Assembly: GCF_009914755.1 (NCBI RefSeq) | Contig: NC_060939.1 | Reading direction: 5' to 3' (one strand) | DNA from: the human T2T-CHM13v2.0 reference genome, Homo sapiens | Length of the DNA: 64,000 bases | Shown: piece by piece, positions 13,553 through 27,600 of the stretch | Position numbering within the stretch: the stretch's first letter is position 1 | How the letters are laid out: the number at the start of each line of letters is the position of its first letter | Made by a program: the position numbers and the translations under genes | Notes under the pieces: model-generated | Database searches by the model: none | Told to the model about the DNA's origin: nothing | The model's input: the letters and a program-made list of their open reading frames with translations, nothing else

Positions 13553-16500
13553 CAATTCCGTTCCATTTGATTCCATTCCACTCGGTTTCATTCCATTTGA
13601 GTCCACTCCATTCCATTCCATTCCATTCCATTCAGTTCCATTCCATTCTGTTCCATTCCATTCCGTTCCATTGCATTCCATTCCATTCGGTACCATTCCA
13701 TATTGTTCCATTCGATTCCATTCGAATCCATTCCATTCCAGTCCATTCCATTCGATTCCATTCCATTCCTTTCAATTCCATTCCATTCCATTCCATTCCA
13801 CTTGATTCCACTCCATTCCCTTCCACTGCATTCCATTCGATGCCGTTCCATTGCATTGCATTCCATTCCATTGGACTGCATTCCATTCGATTCCATTCCA
13901 TTCGAATCAATTACATAGCAATCCATTACATTTGGGTCTATTCTATTCCGTTCCATTCGATTTCATTCCAATCCATTCGATTCCATTCCATACTATTGCA
14001 TTCCATTCTATTACATTATATTCGAATAAGTTCCATTCAAGACCATTTCTTTTGAGTCAATTCTATTTGAGTCCATTCTATTTGAATCCATTCCCTTTGA
14101 TTCCATAACGTTTGAGTCCATTCAATTCCATTCCTTTCGTTTCCATTCCATTTGATGTCATTCCATTCAATTCTGTTCTACTCGACTCCAATACATTCAA
14201 TTCCATTCCATCCGATTCCATTACATTCTTTTCATATCTTATCCATTTCAAGCCATTCCACTCCATTCCATTCCACTCGTTTCCTTTCCATTCGAGTCCA
14301 TTCCTCTCCAGTCCATTCCGTTCAATCCATTCCATTCCAGTCCATTCCATTCGAGTCCGTTCCATTCCAGTCCATTCCATTCGAGTCAATTCCATTCCAT
14401 TCGATGTCTTTCCATAACGATCAATTCCATTCTATTCCTTTCGATTCCATTCCATTCTATTTCATTCCATTCGATTCCCTTCCATTGGAATCCTTTCCAT
14501 TCGAGTGCATTCCATTCCGTTCCATTTCTTTCCGTTCTGTACGATTCCTAGCGTTCGATTTCATTTTGTTCCAGTCCATTCCTTTCGCGTCCATTCCATT
14601 CCATTTCACTCCATTCGATTCCATTCCACTCGATTCCACTTCGTTCCATTTCATTGCATTCCATTCTATTCAACTCTATTGCCTTCCATTCCATTCCATT
14701 CGATTACATTCCATGCGATTCCATTCGAAATCGAATCAATTACATTGCACTCCATTACAATTGAGTCCGTTTTATTCCAGTCCACTGCATTCTGGTCCAT
14801 TCCATTTGATTCCATTCCATTCTATTCCATTCCATACAGTTGCATTCCATTGGATTCCATGCTATATCTATAAATTCAATTCGAGACCATTGCTTTTGAG
14901 TCCATTCTATATGATTCCATTCCATTCAAGTCCATTACATTTGGTTCAATTCCATTCCATTCCATTCCCTTCCATTCCATTCCAGTTGATATCAATCCAT
15001 TCGATTCCATTCCATTCGAGCACATTCCATTCGAGTCCATTCCATTCGATGCCATTCCATTTGATTCTATTCCATTAGTCTCCATTCAATTCCATTAATC
15101 TCCATTCCATTCCATTCTACTCCAACTGATTAAATTCCATTCTATTCCTTTCCATTCCATTTCATTCCATTCCATTCCATTTCATTCCATTCCATTCCAT
15201 TCGTGTCCATTCCACTCCAGTCCATTCCATTCGTGTCCATTCCATTCCAGTCCATTCCATTTGTGTCCACTGCATTCCATTCCACTCCATTCCATATTAT
15301 TCCATTACACTCCATTCCATTCTATTACTTTCATTTCCATTCAATTCCATTCAGTTTGATTCCATTCCACTCGGTTTCATTCCATTTGAGTCCACTCCAT
15401 TCCATTCCATTCCATTCCATTCCATTCCATTCAGTTCCATTCCATTCTGTTCCATTCCATTGCGTTCCATTACATTCCATTCCATTCGGTACCATTCCAT
15501 ATTGTTCCATTCGATTCCATTCGAATCCATTCCATTCCAGTCCATTCCATTCGATTCCATTCCATTCATTTCAATTCCATTCCATTCCATTCCATTACAT
15601 TCCACTTGATTCCTCTCCATTCCCTTCCACTGCATTCCGTTCGATTCCATTCCATTGCATTGCATTCCATTCCATTGGATTGCATTCCATTCGATTCCAT
15701 TCCATTCGAATCAATTACATAGCAATCCATTACATTCGAGTCTATTCTATTCCGTTCCATTCGATTTCGTTCCAATCCATTCGATTCCATTCCATTCGAT
15801 TCCATTCCATACTCTTGCATTCCATTCTATTACATTATATTCGAATAAGTTCCATTCAAGACCATTTCTTTTGAGTCCATTCTATTTGAGTCCATTCCCT
15901 TTGATTCCATAACATTTGAGTCCATTCAATTCCATTCCTTTCGTTCCCATTCCATTTGATGCCATTCCATTCAATTCTGTTCTACTCGACTCCAATACAT
16001 TCAATTCCATTCCATCCGATTCCATTACATTCTTTTCATTTCTTATCCATTTCAAGCCATTCCACTCCATTCCATTCCACTCGTTTCCTTTCCATTCGAG
16101 TCCATTCCTCTCCAGTCCATTCCGTTCAATCCATTCCATTCCAGTCCATTCCATTCGAGTCCGTTCCATTCCAGTCCACTCAATTCGAGTCAATTCCATC
16201 CCATTCGATGTCTTTCCATAACGATCCATTCCATTCTATTCCTTTCGATTCCATTCCATTCTATTTCATTCCATTCGATTCCCTTCCATTGGACTCCTTT
16301 CCATTCGAGTGCATTCCATTCCGTTCCATTTCTTACCATTCTGTACGATTCCTACCGTTCGATTTCATTTTGTTCCAGTCCATTCTTTTCGGGTCCATTC
16401 CATTCCATTTCACTCCATTCGATTCCATTCCACTCGATTCCACTTCGTTCCATTTCATTGCATTCCATTCTATTCAACTCTATTGCCTTCCATTCCATTC

Positions 16501-19500
16501 CATTCGATTACATTCCATGCGATTCCATTCGAAATCGAATCAATTACATTGCAATCCATTACTATTGAGTCCGTTTTATTCCAGTCCACAGCATTCTGGT
16601 CCATTCCATTTGATTCCATTCCATTCTATTCCATTCCATACAGTTGCATTCCATTGGATTCCATTCTATATCTATAAATTCAATTCGAGACCATTGCTTT
16701 TGAGTCCATTCTATATGATTCCATTCCATTCAAGTCCATTACATTTGGTTCAATTCCATTCCATTATATTCCCTTCCATTCCATTCCAGTTGATATCAAT
16801 CCATTCGATTCAATTCCATTCGAGCACATTCCATTCGAGTCCATTCCATTCGATGCCATTCCATTTGAATCTATTCCATTAGTCTCCATTCAATTCCATT
16901 AATCTCCATTCCATTCCATTCTACTCCTACTGATTCCACTCCATTCTATTCCTTTCCATTCCATTTCATTCCATTCCATTCCATTTCATTCCATTCCATG
17001 CCATTCGTGTCCATTCCACTCCAGTCCATTCCATTCGTGTCCATTCCATTCCAGTCCATTCCATTTGTGTCCACTGCATTCCATTCCACTCCATTCCATA
17101 TTATTCCATTACACTCCATTCCATTCTATTACTTTCATTTCCATTCAATTCCATTCCATTTGATTCCATTCCACTCGGTTTCATTCCATTTGAGTCCACT
17201 CCATTCCATTCCATTCCATTCCATTCAGTTAAATTCCATTCTGTTCCATTCCATTCCGTTCCATTACATTCCATTCCATTCGGTACCATTCCATATTGTT
17301 CCATTCGATTCCATTCGAATCCATTCCATTCCAGTCCATTCCATTCGATTCCATTCCATTCATTTCAATTCCATTCCATTGCATTCCATTACATTCCACT
17401 TGATTCCTCTCCATTCCCTTCCACTGCATTCCGTTCGATTCCATTCCATTGCATTGCATTCCATTCCATTGTATTGCATTCCATTCGATTCCATTCCATT
17501 CGAATCAATTACATAGCAATCCATTACATTCGAGTCTATTCTATTCCGATCCATTCGATTTCGTTCCAATCCATTCGATTCCATTCCATTCGATTCCATT
17601 CCATACTATTGCATTCCATTCGATTACATTATATTCGAATAAGTTCCATTCAAGACCATTTCTTTTGAGTCCATTCTATTTGAGTCCATTCCCTTTGATT
17701 CCATAACATTTGAGTCCATTCAATTCCATTCCTTTCGTTTCCATTCCATTTGATGCCATTCCATTCAATTCTGTTCTACTCGACTCCAATACATTCAATT
17801 CCATTCCATCCGATTCCATTACATTCTTTTCATTTCTTATCCATTTCAAGCCATTCCACTCCATTCCATTCCACTCGTTTCCTTTCCATTCGAGTCCATT
17901 CCTCTCCAGTCCATTCCGTTCAATCCATTCCATTCCAGTCCATTCCATTCGAGTCCGTTCCATTCCAGTCCAATCCATTCGAGTCAATTCCATCCCATTC
18001 GATGTTTTTCCATAACGATCCATTCCATTCTATTCCTTTCGATTCCATTCCATTCTATTTCATTCCATTCGATTCCCTTCCATTGGACTCCTTTCCATTC
18101 GAGTGCATTCCATTCCGTTCCATTTCTTTCCGTTCTGTACGATTCCTACCGTTCGATTTCATTTTGTTCCAGTCCATTCCTTTCGCGTCCATTCCATTCC
18201 ATTTCACTCCATTCGATTCCATTCCACTCGATTCCACTTCGTTCCATTTCATTGCATTCCATTCTATTCAACTCTATTGCCTTCCATTCCATTCCATTCG
18301 ATTACATTCCATGCGATTCCATTCGAAATCGAATCAATTACATTGCAATCCATTACTATTGAGTCCATTTTATTCCAGTCCACTGCATTCTGGTCCATTC
18401 CATTTGATTCCATTCCATTCTATTCCATTCCATACAGTTGCATTCCATTGGATTCCATTCTATATCTATAAATTCAATTCGAGACCATTGCTTTTGAATC
18501 CATTCTACATGATTCCATTCCATTCAAGTCCATTACATTTGGTTCAATTCCATTCCATTCCATTCCCTTCCATTCCATTCCAGTTGATATCAATCCATTC
18601 GATTCCATTCCATTCGAGCACATTCCATTCGAGTCCATTCCATTCAATGCCATTCCATTTGATTCTATTCCATTAGTCTCCATTCAATTCCATTAATCTC
18701 CATTCCATTCCATTCTACTCCAACTGATTCCATTCCATTCTATTCCTTTCCATTCCATTTCATTCCATTCCATTCCATTCCATTCCATTCCATTCGCTTC
18801 CATTCCATTCGTGTCCATTCCACTCCAGTCCATTCCATTCGTGTCCATTCCATTCCAGTCCATTCCATTTGTGTCCACTGCATTCCATTCCACTCCATTC
18901 CATATTATTCCATTACACTCCATTCCATTCTATTACTTTCATTTCCATTCAATTCCGTTCCATTTGATTCCATTCCACTCGGTTTCATTCCATTTGAGTC
19001 CACTCCATTCCATCCCATTCCATTCCATTCAGTTCCATTCCATTCTGTTCCATTCCATTCCGTTCCATTGCATTCCATTCCATTCGGTACCATTCCATAT
19101 TGTTCCATTCGATTCCATTCGAATCCATTCCATTCCAGTCCATTCCATTCGATTCCATTCCATTCCTTTCAATTCCATTCCATTCCATTCCATTCCACTT
19201 GATTCCACTCCATTCCCTTCCACTGCATTCCATTCGATTCCGTTCTATTGCATTGCATTCCATTCCATTGGACTGCATTCCATTCGATTCCATTCCATTC
19301 GAATCAATTACATAGCAATCCATTACATTTGGGTCTATTCTATTCCGTTCCATTCGATTTCATTCCAATCCATTCGATTCCATTCCATACTATTGCATTC
19401 CATTCTATTACATTATATTCGAATAAGTTCCATTCAAGACCATTTCTTTTGAGTCCATTCTATTTGAGTCCATTCTATTTGAATCCATTCCCTTTGATTC

Positions 19501-21600
19501 CATAACGTTTGAGTCCATTCAATTCCATTCCTTTCGTTTCCATTCCATTTGATATCATTCCATTCAATTCTGTTCTACTCGACTCCAATACATTCAATTC
19601 CATTCCATCCGATTCCATTACATTCTTTTCATATCTTATCCATATCAAGCCATTCCACTCCATTCCATTCCACTCGTTTCCTTTCCATTCGAGTCCATTC
19701 CTCTCCAGTCCATTCCGTTCAATCCATTCCATTCCAGTCCATTCCATTCGAGTCCGTTCCATTCCAGTCCATTCCATTCGAGTCAATTCCATTCCATTCG
19801 ATGTCTTTCCATAACGATCAATTCCATTCTATTCCTTTCGATTCCATTCCATTCTATTTCATTCCATTCGATTCCCTTCCATTGGAATCCTTTCCATTCG
19901 AGTGCATTCCATTCCGTTCCATTTCTTTCCGTTCTGTACGATTCCTACCGTTCGATTTCATTTTGTTCCAGTCCATTCCTTTCGCGTCCATTCCATTCCA
20001 TTTCACTCCATTCGATTCCATTCCACTCGATTCCACTTCGTTCCATTTCATTGCATTCCATTCTATTCAACTCTATTGCCTTCCATTCCATTCCATTCGA
20101 TTACATTCCATGCGATTCCATTCGAAATCGAATCAATTACATTGCAATCCATTACAATTGAGTCCGTTTTATTCCAGTCCACTGCATTCTGGTCCATTCC
20201 ATTTGATTCCATTCCATTCTATTCCATTCCATACAGTTGCATTCCATTGGATTCCATGCTATATCTATAAATTCAATTCGAGACCATTGCTTTTGAGTCC
20301 ATTCTATATGATTCCATTCCATTCAAGTCCATTACATTTGGTTCAATTCCATTCCATTCCATTCCCTTCCATTCCATTCCAGTTGATATCAATCCATTCG
20401 ATTCCATTCCATTCGAGCACATTCCATTCGAGTCCATTCCATTCGATGCCATTCCATTTGATTCTATTCCATTAGTCTCCATTCAATTCCATTAATCTCC
20501 ATTCCATTCCATTCTACTCCAACTGATTCCATTCCATTCTATTCCTTTCCATTCCATTTCATTCCATTCCATTCCATTTCATTCCATTCCATTCCATTCG
20601 TGTCCATTCCACTCCAGTCCATTCCATTCGTGTCCATTCCATTCCAGTCCATTCCATTTGTGTCCACTGCATTCCATTCCACTCCATTCCATATTATTCC
20701 ATTACACTCCATTCCATTCTATTACTTTCATTTCCATTCAATTCCATTCAGTTTGATTCCATTCCACTCGGTTTCATTCCATTTGAGTCCACTCCATTCC
20801 ATTCCATTCCATTCCATTCCATTCCATTCAGTTCCATTCCATTCTGTTCCATTCCATTGCGTTCCATTACATTCCATTCCATTCGGTACCATTCCATATT
20901 GTTCCATTCGATTCCATTCGAATCCATTCCATTCCAGTCCATTCCATTCGATTCCATTCCATTCATTTCAATTCCATTCCATTCCATTCCATTACATTCC
21001 ACTTGATTCCTCTCCATTCCCTTCCACTGCATTCCGTTCGATTCCATTCCATTGCATTGCATTCCATTCCATTGGATTGCATTCCATTCGATTCCATTCC
21101 ATTCGAATCAATTACATAGCAATCCATTACATTCGAGTCTATTCTATTCCGTTCCATTCGATTTCGTTCCAATCCATTCGATTCCATTCCATTCGATTCC
21201 ATTCCATACTATTGCATTCCATTCTATTACATTATATTCGAATAAGTTCCATTCAAGACCATTTCTTTTGAGTCCATTCTATTTGAGTCCATTCCCTTTG
21301 ATTCCATAACATTTGAGTCCATTCAATTCCATTCCTTTCGTTCCCATTCCATTTGATGCCATTCCATTCAATTCTGTTCTACTCGACTCCAATACATTCA
21401 ATTCCATTCCATCCGATTCCATTACATTCTTTTCATTTCTTATCCATTTCAAGCCATTCCACTCCATTCCATTCCACTCGTTTCCTTTCCATTCGAGTCC
21501 ATTCCTCTCCAGTCCATTCCGTTCAATCCATTCCATTCCAGTCCATTCCATTCGAGTCCGTTCCATTCCAGTCCACTCCATTCGAGTCAATTCCAAACCA
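13553..21600 (+). repeat. Duplicated ~2.6 kb block at 3-unit offset (5397 bp): ~13550-16200 and ~18950-21600
   Basis: Shared rare variants: caattccg 13553/18950, tttgggtcta 13931/19328, extra 15-mer tttgaatcca 14081/19478, ataacgtttg 14105/19502, ggaatcc 14487/19884, tcagtttgat 15351/20748, tgcgttcc 15461/20858. Confidence 0.88.
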
Positions 21601-24600
21601 TTCGGTGTCTTTCCATAACGATCCATTCCATTCTATTCCTTTCGATTCCATTCCATTCTATTTCATTCCATTCGATTCCCTTCCATTGGACTCCTTTCCA
21701 TTCGAGTGCATTCCATTCCGTTCCATTTCTTTCCGTTCTGTACGATTCCTACCGTTCGATTTCATTTTGTTCCTGTCCATTCCTTTCGCGTCCATTCCAT
21801 TCCATTTCACTCCATTCGATTCCATTCCACTCGATTCCACTTCGTTCCATTTCATTGCATTCCATTCTATTCAACTCTATTGCCTTCCATTCCATTCCAT
21901 TCGATTACATTCCATGCGATTCCATTCGAAATCGAATCAATTACATTGCAATCCATTACTATTGAGTCCGTTTTATTCCAGTCCACTGCATTCTGGTCCA
22001 TTCCATTTGATTCCATTCCATTCTATTCCATTCCATACAGTTGCATTCCATTGGATTCCATGCTATATCTATAAATTCAATTCGAGACCATTGCTTTTGA
22101 GTCCATTCTATATGATTCCATTCCATTCAAGTCCATTACATTTGGTTCAATTCCATTCCATTCCATTCCCTTCCGTTCCATTCCAGTTGATATCAATCCA
22201 TTCGATTCCATTCCATTCGAGCACATTCCATTCGAGTCCATTCCATTCGATGCCATTCCATTTGATTCTATTCCATTAGTCTCCATTCAATTCCATTAAT
22301 CTCCATTCCATTCCATTCTACTCCAACTGATTCCATTCCATTCTATTCCTTTCCATTCCATTTCATTCCATTCCATTCCATTTCATTCCATTCCATTCCA
22401 TTCGTGTCCATTCCACTCCAGTCCATTCCATTCGTGTCCATTCCATTCCAGTCCATTCCATTTGTGTCCACTGCATTCCATTCCACTCCATTCCATATTA
22501 TTCCATTATACTCCATTCCATTCTATTACTTTCATTTCCATTCAATTCCATTCCATTTGATTCCATTCCACTCGGTTTCATTCCATTTGAGTCCACTCCA
22601 TTCCATTCCATTCCATTCCATTCCATTCAGTTCCATTCCATTCTGTTCCATTCCATTCCGTTCCATTACATTCCATTCCATTCGGTACCATTCCATATTG
22701 TTCCATTCGATTCCATTCGAATCCATTCCATTCCAGTCCATTCCATTCGATTCCATTCCATTCATTTCAATTCCACTCCATTCCATTCCATTACATTCCA
22801 CTTGATTCCTCTCCATTCCCTTCCACTGCATTCCGTTCGATTCCATTCCATTGCATTGCATTCCATTCCATTGGATTGCATTCCATTCGATTCCATTCCA
22901 TTCGAATCAATTACATAGCAATCCATTACATTCGAGTCTATTCTATTCAGTTCCATTCGATTTCGTTCCAATCCATTCGATTCCATTCCATTCGATTCTA
23001 TTCCATACTATTGCATTCCATTCTATTACATTATATTCGAATAAGTTCCATTCAAGACCATTTTTTTGAGTCCATTCTATTTGAGTCCATTCCCTTTGAT
23101 TCCATAACATTTGAGTCCATTCAATTCCATTCCTTTCGTTCCCATTCCATTTGATGCCATTGCATTCAATTCTGTTCTACTCGACTCCAATACATTCAAT
23201 TCCATTCCATCCGATTCCATTACATTCTTTTCATTTCTTATCCATTTCAAGCCATTCCACTCCATTCCATTCCACTCGTTTCCTTTCCATTCGAGTCCAT
23301 TCCTCTCCAGTCCATTCCGTTCAATCCATTCCATTCCAGTCCATTCCATTCGAGTCCGTTCCATTCCAGTCCACTCCATTGGAGTCAATTAAATCCCATT
23401 CGATGTCTTTCCATAACGATCCATTCCATTCTATTCCTTTCGATTCCATTCCATTCTATTTCATTCCATTCGATTCCCTTCCATTGGACTCCTTTCCATT
23501 CGAGTGCATTCCATTCCGTTCCATTTCTTTCCGTTCTGTACGATTCCTACCGTTCGATTTCATTTTGTTCCAGTCCATTCCTTTCGCGTCCATTCCATTC
23601 CATTTCACTCCATTCGATTCCATTCCACTCGATTCCACTTCGTTCCATTTCATTGCATTCCATTCTATTCAACTCTATTGCCTTCCATTCCATTCCATTC
23701 GATTACATTCCATGCGATTCCATTCGAAATCGAATCAATTACATTGCAATCCATTACTATTGAGTCCATTTTATTCCAGTCCACTGCATTCTGGTCCATT
23801 CCATTTGATTCCATTCCATTCTATTCCATTCCATACAGTTGCATTCCATTGGATTCCATTCTATATCTATAAATTCAATTCGAGACCATTGCTTTTGAAT
23901 CCATTCTATATGATTCCATTCCATTCAAGTCCATTACATTTGGTTCAATTCCATTCCATTCCATTCCCTTCCATTCCATTCCAGTTGATATCAATCCATT
24001 CGATTCCATTCCATTCGAGCACATTCCATTTGAGTCCATTCCATTCGATGCCATTCCATTTGATTCTATTCCATTAGTCTCCATTCAATTCCATTAATCT
24101 CCATTCCATTCCATTCTACTCCAACTGATTCCATTCCATTCTATTCCTTTCCATTCCATTTCATTCCATTCCATTCCATTTCATTCCATTCCATTCCATT
24201 CGCTTCCATTCCATTCGTGTCCATTCCACTCCAGTCCATTCCATTCGTGTCCATTCCATTCCAGTCCATTCCATTTGTGTCCACTGCATTCCATTCCACT
24301 CCATTCCATATTATTCCATTACACTCCATTCCATTCTATTACTTTCATTTCCATTCAATTCCATTCCATTTGATTCCATTCCACTCGGTTTCATTCCATT
24401 TGAGTCCACTCCATTCCATTCCATTCCATTCCATTCAGTTCCATTCCATTCTGTTCCATTCCATTCCGTTCCATTGCATTCCATTCCATTCGGTACCATT
24501 CCATATTGTTCCATTCGATTCCATTCGAATCCATTCCATTCCAGTCCATTCCATTCGATTCCATTCCATTCCTTTCAATTCCATTCCATTCCATTCCATT

Positions 24601-27600
24601 CCACTTGATTCCACTCCATTCCCTTCCACTGCATTCCATTCGATTCCATTCCATTGCATTGCATTCCATTCCATTGGACTGCATTCCATTCGATTCCATT
24701 CCATTGGAATCAATTACATAGCAATCCATTACATTCGAGTCTATTCTATTCCGTTCCATTCGATTTCGTTCCAATCCATTCGATTCCATTCCATTCGATT
24801 CCATTCCATACTATTGCATTCCATTCGATTACATTATATTCGAATAAGTTCCATTCAAGACCATTTCTTTTGAGTCCATTCTATTTGAGTCCATTCCCTT
24901 TGATTCCATAACATTTGAGTCCATTCAATTCCATTCCTTTCGTTTCCATTCCATTTGATGCCATTCCATTCAATTCTGTTCTACTCGACTCCAATACATT
25001 CAATTCCATTCCATCCGATTCCATTACATTCTTTTCATTTCTTATCCATTTCAAGCCATTCCACTCCATTCCATTCCACTCGTTTCCTTTCCATTCGAGT
25101 CCATTCCTCTCCAGTCCATTCCGTTCAATCCATTCCATTCCAGTCCATTCCATTCGAGTCCGTTCCATTCCAGTCCACTCCATTCGAGTCAATTCCATTC
25201 CATTCGATGTCTTTCCATAACGATCCATTCCATTCTATTCCTTTCGATTCCATTCCATTCTATTTCATTCCGTTCGATTCCCTTCCATTGGACTCCTTTC
25301 CATTCGAGTGCATTCCATTCCGTTCCATTTCTTTCCGTTCTGTACGATTCCTACCGTTCGATTTCATTTTGTTCCAGTCCATTCCTTTCGCGTCCATTCC
25401 ATTCCATTTCACTCCATTCGATTCCATTCCACTCGATTCCACTTCGTTCCATTTCATTGCATTCCATTCTATTCAACTCTATTGCCTTCCATTCCATTCC
25501 ATTCGATTACATTCCATGCGATTCCATTCGAAATCGAATCAATTACATTGCAATCCATTACTATTGAGTCCGTTTTATTCCAGTCCACTGCATTCTGGTC
25601 CATTCCATTTGATTCCATTCCATTCTATTCCATTCCATACAGTTGCATTCCATTGGATTCCATGCTATATCTATAAATTCAATTCGAGACCATTGCTTTT
25701 GAGTCCATTCTATATGATTCCATTCCATTCAAGTCCATTACATTTGGTTCAATTCCATTCCATTCCATTCCCTTCCATTCCATTCCAGTTGATATCAATC
25801 CATTCGATTCCACTCCATTCGAGCACATTCCATTCGAGTCCATTCCATTCGATGCCATTCCATTTGATTCTATTCCATTAGTCTCCATTCAATTCCATTA
25901 ATCTCCATTAAATTCCATTCTACTCCAACTGATTCCATTCCATTCTATTCCTTTCCATTCCATTTCATTCCATTCCATTCCATTTCATTCCATTCCATTC
26001 CATTCGTGTCCATTCCACTCCAGTCCATTCCATTCGTGTCCATTCCATTCCAGTCCATTCCATTTGTGTCCACTGCATTCCATTCCACTCCATTCCATAT
26101 TATTCCATTACACTCCATTCCATTCTATTACTTTCATTTCCATTCAATTCCATTCCATTTGATTCCATTCCACTCGGTTTCATTCCATTTGAGTCCACTC
26201 CATTCCATTCCATTCAGTTCCATTCCATTCCATTCCGTTCCATTGCATTCCATTCCATTCGGTACCATTCCATATTGTTCCGTTCGATTCCATTCGAATC
26301 CATTCCATTCCAGTCCATTCCATTCGATTCCATTCCATTCATTTCAATTCCATTCCATTCCATTCCATTGCATTCCACTTGATTCCTCTCCATTCCCTTC
26401 CACTGCATTCCGTTCGATTCCATTCCATTGCATTGCATTCCATTCCATTGGATTGCATTCCATTCGATTCCATTCCATTCGAATCAATTACATAGCAATC
26501 CATTACATTCGAGTCTATTCTATTCAGTTCCATTCGATTTCGTTCCAATCCATTCGATTCCATTCCATTCGATTCTATTCCATACTATTGCATTCCATTC
26601 TATTACATTATATTCGAATAAGTTCCATTCAAGACCATTTCTTTTGAGTCCATTCTATTTGAGTCCATTCCCTTTGATTCCATAACATTTGAGTCCATTC
26701 AATTCCATTCCTTTCGTTCCCATTCCATTTGATGCCATTCCATTCAATTCTGTTCTACTCGACTCCAATACATTCAATTCCATTCCATCCGATTCCATTA
26801 CATTCTTTTCATTTCTTATCCATTTCAAGCCATTCCACTCCATTCCATTCCACTCGTTTCCTTTCCATTCGAGTCCATTCCTCTCCAGTCCATTCCGTTC
26901 AATCCATTCCATTCCAGTCCATTCCATTCGAGTCCGTTCCATTCCAGTCCATTCCATTCGAGTCAATTCCATCCCATTCGATGTCTTTCCATAACGATCC
27001 ATTCCATTCTATTCCTTTCGATTCCATTCCATTCTATTTCATTCCATTCGATTCCCTTCCATTGGACTCCTTTCCATTCGAGTGCATTCCATTCCGTTCC
27101 ATTTCTTTCCGTTCTGTACGATTCCTACCGTTCGATTTCATTTTGTTCCAGTCCATTCCTTTTGCGTCCATTCCATTCCATTTCACTCCATTCGATTCCA
27201 TTCCACTCGATTCCACTTCGTTCCATTTCATTGCATTCCATTCCATTCAACTCTATTGCCTTCCATTCCATTCCATTCGATTACATTCCATGCGATTCCA
27301 TTCGAAATCGAATCAATTACATTGCAATCCATTACTATTGAGTCCGTTTTATTCCAGTCCACTGCATTCTGGTCCATTCCATTTGATTCCATTCCATTCT
27401 ATTCCATTCCATACAGTTGCATTCCATTGGATTCCATTCTATATCTATAAATTCAATTCGAGACCATTGCTTTTGAATCCATTCCATATGATTCCATTCC
27501 ATTCAAGTCCATTACATTTGGTTCAATTCCATTCCATTCCATTCCCTTCCATTCCATTCCAGTTGATATCAATCCATTCGATTCCATTCCATTCGAGCAC

